Assembly: GCF_025526975.1 (NCBI RefSeq)
Contig: NW_026515672.1
Span: 744,001 to 808,000 of the forward strand
Direction of reading: 5' to 3'
Length of the DNA stretch: 64,000 nucleotides
From: Fimicolochytrium jonesii
Lineage: Eukaryota
The notes beneath the pieces were generated by a model. That model did no database searches, was not told where the DNA came from, and was given only the letters and a program-made list of their open reading frames with translations. Both the position numbers and the translations under genes were made by a program. Shown here in pieces: positions 13,201 through 24,150 of the stretch (within the stretch, counting starts at the first letter, position 1; every line of letters begins with the position of its first letter).

Positions 13201-16200
13201 TCCGGTGATGCCTCCGATGGTGCCCAGGAGACCGTTGAAGGGGAAGCTGAAGACAAGAGCTGACAGAGCTTCGATGCGGTCATCGGCGGAAACTCCCATG
13301 AGGACGTTCGAGACGGTGATCGCTCCGGGGATGGTGTGGTGGTTGATGATGGCATCGAACAACGCCGCAATGGCTCCAGCCAACTGAGGACTGTCGTGCA
13401 CATTGACGGAGACGTCGAGGTCAAGGTTGACGTTGGTTCCGTTGGTGCTACCAGTCGTCTTCAAGCCCTTCACAACCATGTCAGCCACGGGAAGCTTGTT
13501 GTCAACAAGGACACTGGCGCCGAAGTAGGGAACGTTCAGGGTTAACGGGAAGGCGAGCTCGAGACCCGTGGACAGGTGCATGTCGATGGTCTGATGAGGC
13601 TGGAATGTAATGGCAGCGTTGTTCAAGGTGAGCACGGCTTTTCCGATCAGGGCATTATCGATTTGAACCGCAACTCCACCAGTCGGCGTGGTCGTAACGG
13701 TGATTCCGGTTGGACCGCCTCCGCCGTTCATCAGACCAGTGAGAGCCTGTACAAGAGGGTCCATTCTGATAGGGAACACGGACTGACTTAAAGCCTGCAA
13801 AGAAAGATACCGCCAATGAGCAAAAGACCGGCGAATACGAAGGGAAGGGAGTCTCCAATCTTACCATGATGAGATCCGCGGGGCCTTTCGAAGCACCAGC
13901 GGCCAGACCGCCAAGCTCGAGAGTACCAGGGAACTTCTTCTCCTTCAAGTACGTGTACATGTATTCCGCCAACATCTTCTTCAAGCTGTCAGAATCCTTG
14001 ATCTGAATGAGGGCATCAAAGTCGATGCCGAACGGGTTCGCGAGGTTGACGTTGTTCATCTCGGCAGAAGCTACAGGCACCTTGTCCATGGCGATAGCGC
14101 TAGCAGAGACATAGGGCAGCTTGGCGGACAGCGCAATGGGGAGGTGAAGGCCAGGGATGGCGGCGCCGATCGCGGTGTGAATAGTGTCAGCGGGAAGCAA
14201 CTCGAGAATGACCTTGAGAATCTTCAATGAAGACACATCGGCACCCTTCAGAGCACTAGCTAGAAGCAGTCCCAAATCAATTGGCGGTTTGGTGCTGTCG
14301 ATAACGGCCGCAAGAGGTAAATGGGCAACGATGCCGGTGAAAGCTTCGATCACATCGGTCTGACTGGCACCGAAACGGATCTGAGACAAGCGAGCACTGG
14401 AAACTTGTTTCTGCATGTTGAAGTAGTTTGAGACAACCTTGCCAACGGCTGCGGGCGTCGTGGCAACATCCTCATTGATCTTAACGTTGGTGTTCAAGTT
14501 CAAGCTGATGGCGCCATCCGCCGATGGGGCGATGAGAAGAGGCATGCCAACTTGCGCAAGCGGGGCCTCGTCAACACCAGCGTCGGCTCCAACCCAGCCG
14601 GCCTGCAGGCGAATGTTCTGGAGACCGCTAGGCAACTTGACACCAGCAGTTCCGTTCACAGCAATGAGTTTGCCAGGGAGCAGTTCGACACCCATGTTTC
14701 CGGCGAGGGTGATTCCGTTGAGGAGATCCATCTTGGTGAGATCGATCGGGACGGTAATACCCATGCCAGGCAAGAAGATGCCAAGATCCAAGGCGAGGTC
14801 GATTTTGTCGAAGGCGGTGATCAGGTCGGAAGGAGAATAACCGACCTGAACGTTGCGGACGTGTAATTTTGGCTTGTCGCCGGTGCCGCTTAGAACCCAG
14901 TTAACGAGGCTGTTAACATTGCTCTTCAATGTGCCGATGTCCTGAATCTGGTTGAACTGAATTGTGCAGTTGTTGACGGCGGCCGTGTTTCCGAAACCGG
15001 CAGAAGCATCACCCGCGCCAGGCAAGATCGCCAAACCAAGATGAGTGTCCAGGAAACGAACCGTATCGAGGTCCACGGACGTGCCGAAGTAACCGACGGT
15101 AGCGGCGACTTGGAAGGGCATGACTGCCTTGGCGGTCGCAGATAGATCCAATGCACCCCCGGGCAGAGTCTTGAGATCTCCACCGAACTGAGAAAGCTTG
15201 AGCATGCCGGCAACATCGGACATCTGAAGGGGAACCTTGAGACCAGCCATCCTCATGACGTCGTCAAGGCTCAGCTTAGCGTTGATCTTCTGAAGGACCT
15301 TGTACACATCAGTTGGGCTTGGACCGAACGCAATGTGGTTCAATGCGATCCGGCCGTCCAGGGAGTTTGCCGTGAAAGCCCTCTGAACAAGAGCAGCGAT
15401 GGCGTTCTGGGTGGCTTCGGTGTCGATAAATCCAAGCATCACCCCAAGACGTGCAGTGCCGGGGAGACTGAGGTGAATGGCTGCCGGGACAACAACGCTC
15501 ATCAAGGGGTTCAGATCACCGGTCTTGCTGGCGCTGACGTCCACTTCAGCTCCGAAGAAACCAACGTCGATGCTGAGAGGGAACGGGGTCTGGATACCGA
15601 CATTGGCGGTAGCAAGTATGCGTTTCCCGGGCAAGGTGGCCACCGTAATGATACCACCGCCAAGAGCAGCGGGAACGGCTGTGCCCAAGTCGAGAGGCAA
15701 ATGGATCATGCCACCCAGAAGAGCGTCCATACTGAGAGACGCGTGGACGCGGCGCAAGATGGTGATGACGTTCGCTTCAGAGGCGTCGGAACCGAAAAGG
15801 ATGTTTCCGGCTCCAACGTTCATGCCGAAATGTGGAGAGTTCAAGACGTTGTCAACCAAAGTGGCAACAATGTCCTGCATGGCGGGGTCCTCCGTCAATT
15901 TCATGTCGAGAGCCAAGCTGAGGGATTTGCGCTTCTCGCCAATGGTGCTGAGAGCGATACCCTGCGGAAGGTTGATCTCTGTAAGTTGCTGGTCTTGGAG
16001 GAGGGCGGCGGCGTGGAAGTATCCAGTTTGGAAAACGATGCTGATGGGCAAGGCGAGGTTGAACTCGGCTGTGGCATTCGCGTGAAGGACTTGACCGACG
16101 TCTGTCCTGATGCCCGCACTTTTGACAGCGAGGTCCATGTTGCCGGCAACCTGCGTGAACTCAATGGGGAGATGGACACCCATGTCGGTAACCAACTTTT

Positions 16201-19200
16201 GGGCGGCCAGGCGGATGTTGACGAGGCTGAAAGCGGTGATCTGGTGAAACAAAAAGACGCGTAAGTAATCGCCGAAAGGATTGCGACTAGAGTCAAACTT
16301 ACCAAGTCCGTCGCACTTTCACCAAGTTCCAGACCGTTGGCACCGATGATGGCGTCCAAGTGGTCCGAGCCCAAAGCCTGTTGGACAAGCTTGTTGACCT
16401 CTTCTTGAGTGTTTTCGTTGTCCGTGAAGATGATGTTGGCTTTGACATCGACGAGCTTGTTTCCAGCGTTGACAATGATACGGCTCGGGACTTGAACATC
16501 GCACACTGGGCGAGCAGTGTTGACTTGACCGTCAAGATTGGCCTTGGCCGCAACGTGACCGATGTTGACATCCAAAGGAAGACCGAAGAAGCTGAGGTCG
16601 GCACCAGCCTCTATGGCGAGGGTCTTAGCAGGCATGGTGCGAGCGGTAATGGTACCCATGTTGCTCATCATGCCTCCGAGCTGGGGCAGGCTGAGGGGAA
16701 TGTGCATACCGGCGGCCTCAAGCACCTCACGCACGGCGAGAGTGACGTCGATCTTGTTAACGATGGTCAAACGGTCACCCTCAGCGGCAGAGTTACCGAG
16801 ATGGACGTTCTTGACGCCAGCGGAGCTTTTAACGTCTCCAGTGAAGAGGACGGCATCCACCAAGTCACGGATAGCCTCCTGGGTGGCACGGTTATCGGTA
16901 AAGAGCAAGTTGATGTCTTGAGGGACGACGAGGTTACCACGACCAGCAGCGTCACGAGTAATGCTGATGCCTCCACCAACAGTGGCATCGGCGAGAGGGT
17001 TGTTGTCGACGTTGGCGCTCAATGCGGCGTATCCGAGCCTCAAGCTGACGGGCAGAGGAAGTTTGAAGTCCGCAGCAGCGTTCACCAGGAGAGAGTGGCC
17101 AGCGGCAGTGTACATTTTGACGCTCTTGATGTTGGTGTCAAGACCCCTGATGGTTCCTCCGATGCTGAAAGGAACGGGCATGCCCATGACAGCCATGCCG
17201 CGCTCGAGGTCAGCGGGGAGCTCCACCTTGCTGAGGGCAGTGATCAAATCTCCAGCGTTGGCACCGATAGCCAAGCGACCAATGCCGAGAACAGTGGCAA
17301 GGTGCTGACCGCGGACGAGCCTGTTAAGGAGCTCGTTGACAGCGATTTGGGTTTGCTCGGTATCAACGAATTGAAGCTGAGTGTTGAGGTTCAACTGCGT
17401 GACGCCGTTAGGAGCCTGGATCTCGATGCCTTGGGGAAGGAGGAAGTCCAACATGGGGAAGGAGTTCAAGGACAAGTGGGCGCCGAGGTACCCAACGTGA
17501 GCAGTGATCCTCAACGGCAAGTTGATGCCCATGGCGACAATGAGACCCAAGTTGTTTCCGGGACGAGTCTCGATGGTCAAGCCGCCAATGTCGGGGTGCA
17601 TGTTGCCCATGAGCGAGAAGATGTCGGAAGGACCATCCAAAGCGATCAAAGCGTCGGAGTTGAGGTTCAACTGGACCTTGGTGAAGGCGTTGATGATGTC
17701 ATTGGCGCTGGCACCTATACGGATGTTGCCGATGTTGAGCACGGTGTCGAGGGAGGAACCTTGGAAGAAGTTGGCCACAAGGTTTCCGACGGAGCGCTGA
17801 GCGTCCTCATCATCTTCGAATGGGATCAAAGCGTCGACGTTCATCTGGCTGACACCTCCGCCAGTGATATGGACACCACTGTTCAGAATGAGACGCAAGA
17901 GCGGGTGGCTGTTGATGCCAAGGGCAACCTCGAAGTATCCGATGTTGACAGTGAGGGCGAAGGGAAGCTTCAAGCCGACGTTCATCTTGACGCCCAATGT
18001 CTTCTGGGGCAAGGTCTGAATGTCGATGACGCCCTCGACAGCGCCCAAAGCCGAGTTCACCAACTCAGACGGGTGCATGGGGAACTTGAAGGGGAGCATG
18101 CTCATGGCCCTGTCGATCAAAGCGTTGGTGTCGATGGTGTCGGTGATGGGCGCCAGGTTGACGTCGACGGCGCTGAGAAGGTCGTTCACGCTCTGAGGAC
18201 TGCCACCGAAGAGGACACCCTTGACGCCGGGAGCCGGGTCGATGTGGCCAGCCAAGAAGTTGTTCACGAACTGAGCAACAATTTCAGGCAACTCAGGGTC
18301 GTTCTGGTTGAAGATCAGGACAACCTTGAAGGTCATAACAGCTTGCCCGCGGCTGAGCACGATGTCACTGATTTGAGCAACGACGAAATCGTGACCACCA
18401 AGAGTGATCTCAAGCTGAACGAACGGGATCTTGGCGCTGATCGCCAAAGGGTTGTTGTAGCCAACACTACCGCTGACTGCAATGACGCCTCCAGGAAGAG
18501 TCTCCAAAGTAGCGGCCTGGGGACCGATAGCCAGCTTGTCAATGAGATCGGCAGATGGCAAGATGTTCGACAAGTCAAGGGGCGAGTCCGCAGGGTTGGC
18601 GAGCATCTCGTTGATAACGCTGGGAGGCATGGTGATCTTGACAGTCTTGATCTGGTCGATGATGGCCGGATTCGCAGTACCACGAGTGCCAGGGGGAGAC
18701 AGGACAAGGTTGGTGATGCCAAACAAGTTGCTGATTTGTCCTCCAGACACAACGTCGTTCACGAGGGTGGCAATCTTCTGAGCCATGCCGTCAGCGCCGG
18801 TGGCCAATTGGAGACCAGCCTTGATGTTAAGACCACCCGGACCCAGAGCGAGCTTGAGAGGGGGGAGGGCGAGGCTCAACAAGCGAGCATCGTCGATCAG
18901 AGCGTCAAGGTCAATGTTTCCGACGGAGACGGTGATGTTCACGGGGTTGACAAAGTCGGCGCCAATTCCGACGTTGACCTCGGTGGCGGAGACAACCTCA
19001 AGGTCAAGCGCAGTGGCGTGAATCATACCAGGCTTCAACAGAGTGCTCTTTGCAGTGGCAGTCAGACGGTCGATCAGGCCAGCAAAGCTGGTCGTGTTCA
19101 GCTCAATATTGATCTTGGAGAAGGTCACGAACGAGGTGTTGGCGCTGGGACCGAAGATCAAGTTGGTGATACCGACCGATGAAGGCCCGGCACCCTCGTG

Positions 19201-21590
19201 GAAGAGAGAGTTCACCAAGTTCTGCACCTTGCCAGGGAGGGCGGGGTCGCGAGACAGGATGGCTTGCGCGTTCAATGGCACGGGACCAGTGCCAGGGAAG
19301 AACTTCAGACCTTGGGGAAGGACAGCGGACGCGGCCGGGACCTGCTCGACCGCCAAATCCAAGGATGCGTAACCGAGATCCGCTGTGATTTGGGGAAGAG
19401 TATCGGGGAAGTTGACGTTCGCGGCACCAATAGCGGAGAAACCAGGAGCGTTCAACAACTGCTCGATGGCGAGGCTTACAATTCCGAAGGGGATCTCCGT
19501 GCCGTTCTTGGTCAGCATGTCGAGCAAACAAGGAATGCAAACGATGGGTGGTAAAGGAACGCCGATAGTCGAGTCCTTGAAGAGAGTGTCACTCCATCCG
19601 AACGGCTTGGGTGCCTGGCCGGCAGCCGGAGCAGCGAAGAAGGCGAGATCCTTCAAGTTCAACGTGGACGGCTTGGGCTGAGCGGCCAATAGCGGGTTGA
19701 TGGCAGCAGCCAAAGCGACTGCTGCGGCTTGAGAGTTCTCGGGCGTAAGGACGACAGTGGTGGAGATCTTCATGTCTTTCGAGGACGTCTCGATAGACAA
19801 GGGCCAGAGGTTGAGACCCAACGCGCGTTGGTCACCACCGTACAACGAAGCGGAGATGTTGTAGTTGATGTTGATCTTCTTGGGCAGAGGAACCAGCCGG
19901 GGCAGGGCCATGGTAGCAGGGACGTTGATGGAGTCGGACAACACGTTGGCGCTGATCTTGGTACCCGCAGCGATTTGCGAGACACCTTCCAACGTGAGCA
20001 GCTTGCGGATCTCACCGAACTTGAGACCGTCCAGAATCTCCTTCATGGGCAGGTACAACTTCAAGGGACCGGTGATGCCACCAACCCATTCGGCGGCACC
20101 CAAGCCAATAGGACCGGCAATGGCGACCTTCAGAGAGTCCGTGTCTCCGACGGCGAGGAGCTTCCAGAGGACGGCAGAGATCGTCTTGCTGACTTTGTCT
20201 TTGGAAATAGCCGGGTCATCGAAAGAGAGTTCCACAACGAGGTCAAGCTTGTTGATTTCGTTGGGAACGAGGGCGAGTTCGTGAACCTTGGCCTTGGCCA
20301 TCAACTGGTCCTCGAGCTCCAAGCCGAAGGTGAGGCCCTGGACCTTGGCGAGAGCCAACTTGGTAGGGTTCTCCATGAAGATGGTGGTAGCGATGGTGAT
20401 ACCTGCATCGTTCATGACAACATCCAACGCCTGGATGTTGATTTGGGGAAATCCGATGTCGGTCAAGATGCTGATCATGTCCTCTTGCTTGAAACTCAAC
20501 GCCATCTTCTTGTTGACGTCGGGGTTCTTCAGGAAGGTAGGCGCGCCCTTCAGGATGGTGAGGAGCTTGGAGTCAAAGTGGTCGATCATGCCCAAGTTCA
20601 GGTACAATTCTAAGCCCTTGTACCAGGTGATTCCGAACATCTTGATGGGGAACTTTCCACGCGCTTGGAGCTCAACGTTGTTAATGCCTTCAGGCGACGA
20701 AAGCTGTTGCACCAACTTGGAGGTGGCGGCCATGTTGGCATCCAGAGTTCCGACGTTGCCGTCCATATCAATGACGAGACCCTTGTTCAGAGTGGCCTTC
20801 AGGCCTGGGATGTGAAGGTTAAGCAATTTGGTCTTCTCGTCGCCTCGCTTGTTGAGCTGGACGTCGGTCTCTCCGATTTCGACGGTAATGGGCAGCCAGT
20901 GAGGTGCAGGCAGTTGAGCCTTCACACTGAAGCCGAGTTGTTGGGCGGAGTAGCTACCGATGGACAGCCTTTCGAGCTTTACGTCGCTGAGCTTCTGCTT
21001 GTTGAGCTCGTGTTGTACCATTTTGGGGATGACAACAAAGTAACCGACGGGGATCATGATGATGAGGAAGATGGCCCAGAACAGAAGAACGTGGATGACG
21101 ATGAACTGCCATCTGCGGTAACGACCACCGCAGTAGCGAGGCGCGCGGCGCTGCTTGTCGGTAAGGTTGGGCGTCTTGTAGTCGTAGACAGGCTAGTGAC
21201 AAAAGAGAGATCGAGTTAAAAGGAAGCTCGAAAAGGTTGACGAAACCGAAAAGAAGCACATTTCAGGCGTACCTTATACCAGCTCGCCACCCTGCCAGCA
21301 AATGTCGCTTTTGGCGCAGAGAGCGAGTAGTTGTCGTCGGCGGTGCGGTGAAGGACATTCTCTGGGTCGTTCTCGTCCAGATCATCGGCAGCAAGATCCT
21401 GGCGGACCTGGTCCTCAGGGATGTTGTGAGCGTGAGCGTAAGCCGAGACCGCGTCGTACTGGCCATCGTAGCCGTCGGCGGCAGTGGGTACTGATGCGGT
21501 GTGCTCCAATAGTGGCTCGTCGACATGGGCCGAGTGAGGGGCCGCCGAGTGAGGGGCCGATGCCACCGGGTGATATGTTTCGGTGGACAT
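10248..21590 (-). CDS. Giant (~3,686 aa) single-pass membrane protein with ~20 tandem ~150-aa LEA_2/DUF3712(Tag1)-like repeats and a Pro/Ala/Thr-rich tail
   Basis: Five exons (21590-21273, 21192-16303, 16240-13865, 13794-12527, 12456-10248) join in frame at GT-AG sites to give 3,687 codons. One TM helix (WQFIVIHVLLFWAIFLIIMIPVGYFVVIP). Recurring motif LP...(I/V)GY......D....Q.AI..LV......GI.NI.FG.S..D.I....K(I/V). The gene model is solid; the family label is tentative. Confidence 0.85.
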
Positions 21591-24150
21591 GATTAGGGGA
21601 TATCTAAAAGTAAGAAGAAGTCTGTCTAGGTCTAAGAGTCAGCAGGAGACCAGCTCCGTTGGGCCGAAGGGGAATTGTCTCTTTGGTCGCAACAGATACG
21701 GCTGGAGTTCTGATCCTAGACAATCCTAGAAAATGGGTTGAAAGATGGAAGCGGTTTCGCCGATGTCGCTGTCGCAAAGCTCGAAGGACCAGCCCGAGCG
21801 GTATGTGAAGCGGCGATACAGTATACTTTTTGGAAAATCGTTCAACGGCGAGGGGGACGACGTTGCAAGGTATTATAAAGGAGGCCTGCGACTGGCCGCT
21901 GTTTCGATCGGGTTCGACGGGGCCTTGTGAAAGCTCACCCACATCCAGCCGAAAACCTTTTTTATTAGGTGGAGATGTAAGCCAATCGCTTCTTGTTTCG
22001 CTATCACTCCATGAGGTCACGCTAGTAGCGGGCGGACATGGAACAGCGCCAACAAGGCCAACATGGATCTCTGCGGGAATTGCGAGCCGCGTGGGGACGG
22101 CAAATTTGCCCGTACGAATTGAAGCGCGACGGAGCCCACAGGCAGGTCACTTGGGGGGGGCACGCCTGCAAACGAGTGTCAAACCACATCCAAAACTTAC
22201 AGTCTTACACCACAGCCCGCAGAGAACAAGGAAAACCAAACGACACCGAGGCATTCCCAGGCGCTGGAAAGCCATGATACCGAGGGGCAAGAATTTTTGT
22301 CCTGCGGCCGAACGGTTTCCAACATTACAACCAAGATACGCCCTATTGGAGAAAAACAGGAAAATGTGAAATTTTGTCGGAGACTCGGTTTGCCGCTAGC
22401 TCTCCCGAGGTCCTGGCTTGTTGTACCGGCGGATACACGACTCTAGACTATATATCCTATAAGCGGGCATTGCCCCTGCAGATCCCACATAATAAAATGC
22501 GTTAAGACTTAAGTGAAGTACTACGTATAAGTCTGAAGGGGGCGGCTTCAATCACAGTATAACATAGTAGTATACCCCCCACGAGCCCCGCGGTGATAGG
22601 GGGCTGTGTGAAACATGCCGTGCTCCGAAACTCCAAGGCTGCTCCCAAATTTCACAAGGCTTGTGAAAGGAAGGCACCCTCTGTCTGGACTCGGGATTGA
22701 GTACGCCCATGGAATGAGGCACCAGTAAGCCACAGTAAGACACAGGTTTCCGCTGTATCATCTCCGTCCTCAATGCGACTCCTCATGCACTGTGCACCGT
22801 AAAAACCAACACACTTATCGTGCGTGGTTAGGGCGCTGAGGAACGTCGGAGTCCAGCCTCGCTCACATGGGGCATGTGTAGCCAGCCAGATCTGTACGGT
22901 AAAAAGGCCCGCTCTGCGGCAATTTGTCAGTACGGAATCAAAAATTTCGCTGGAAGCCATTTATGGGCGGCCTCATCCAATTTCTCGCTTGGATTTACCA
23001 CGAGGTTATATAAACCAACAAGCTTGGCCGCCGCACAAATTTGCGCGGCCCAACTGAATCCATTCCCAACGGCTTAAGTTATCTGGGAAGCATTTTACTG
23101 TAACTTCAGTGCTTAGCGAGCGGCACGGGGGGTTGTCTTCTCTCTCAGACTATGGACTAACGAACTTGCTTGTTACCCGTCACTTCGATGGACATTCCAG
23201 TTTTGGGGTTTCCGTGGGTCAATCATGGACCACCAAGCAACACCCTTCGCAAAGATATATACACCCTCCCCACATCCCTCTTACAAACTCACAACGTATC
23301 GACAATAACGAGAGTTCTTGTGCGGGTTGATCGTTGTTGGATCGCAACGGCTGTTGTAGTTGCTCGCGTGGAGACGCAACGCAATGTGGTCCTCTTCTTT
23401 CTCAGTAGCGCGATAAAGGTTTGTCTCTTGCTTGCTTCTACTTCTATCTCGGCATGTCATTATCGCTCGTCATGCCACGGCACAAAACGGCCTTCTCGTC
23501 GGCTCCTTCCATCGAATTCAATATGATCGCCAACCAGTGATCGCGAAGACGGCACGCATACGCATACCAATGAGAGTTAGGAAAATCGATCTCGATAAAG
23601 GCAAGCGGGTTGGGCATATCCATCGATCCTTTCGATGAGGAAACAGCACCAGCGGATTGGACTGTGCAATTAGCGGAACAGATGGGAACCACCGCTCCGT
23701 ATGCAAATTTTTGTTATAGTGAGAGGTTGCCGCCCTGTGATCAGGACCTATCCCTTTCTATCCGCCAGGTAATATGTGCCAGGGGTAGTACGTAACCAGG
23801 GCGGTCGGCGCTGCTCTGCACGACGCAGGGAGGCGAGAGTAACACATGTCAGCATTGTTCAAGTTACGATGAAGGATGAATATGTTCATCCGATTGTTGT
23901 ATGGTACAGCAATGCCGCCCCACCCCGTCCTGAAAAATCCATCATCAGAAAAATTGCGGGTTTTCCAGTGCAGTGGCGATAACGGGAGTCTATGTCGGCG
24001 ATAAAACTTGGTAGCCATTCATTTACACAGGCACAAGCGTCAGACAGCCTCCGATTACCAAAAATGTTTCCCCATTTCTCGCAGTACATACGCGCAGAGC
24101 AAAAAGATGCCCGGAATCTCGAAATCACCTCCCACAATCCCCCGGGGGAC

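Noticed and set aside
16360..19182. 940-aa plus-strand ORF (and similar ones at 11241, 15335, 19729) as overlapping genes
   Set aside because: Exactly codon-aligned antisense to the giant gene; explained by avoidance of TTA/CTA/TCA codons, and the translation has no recognisable domain.
23444..24137. Short ORFs in the long intergenic region as a hidden gene
   Set aside because: No consistent spliced frame could be built and no motifs were recognised.
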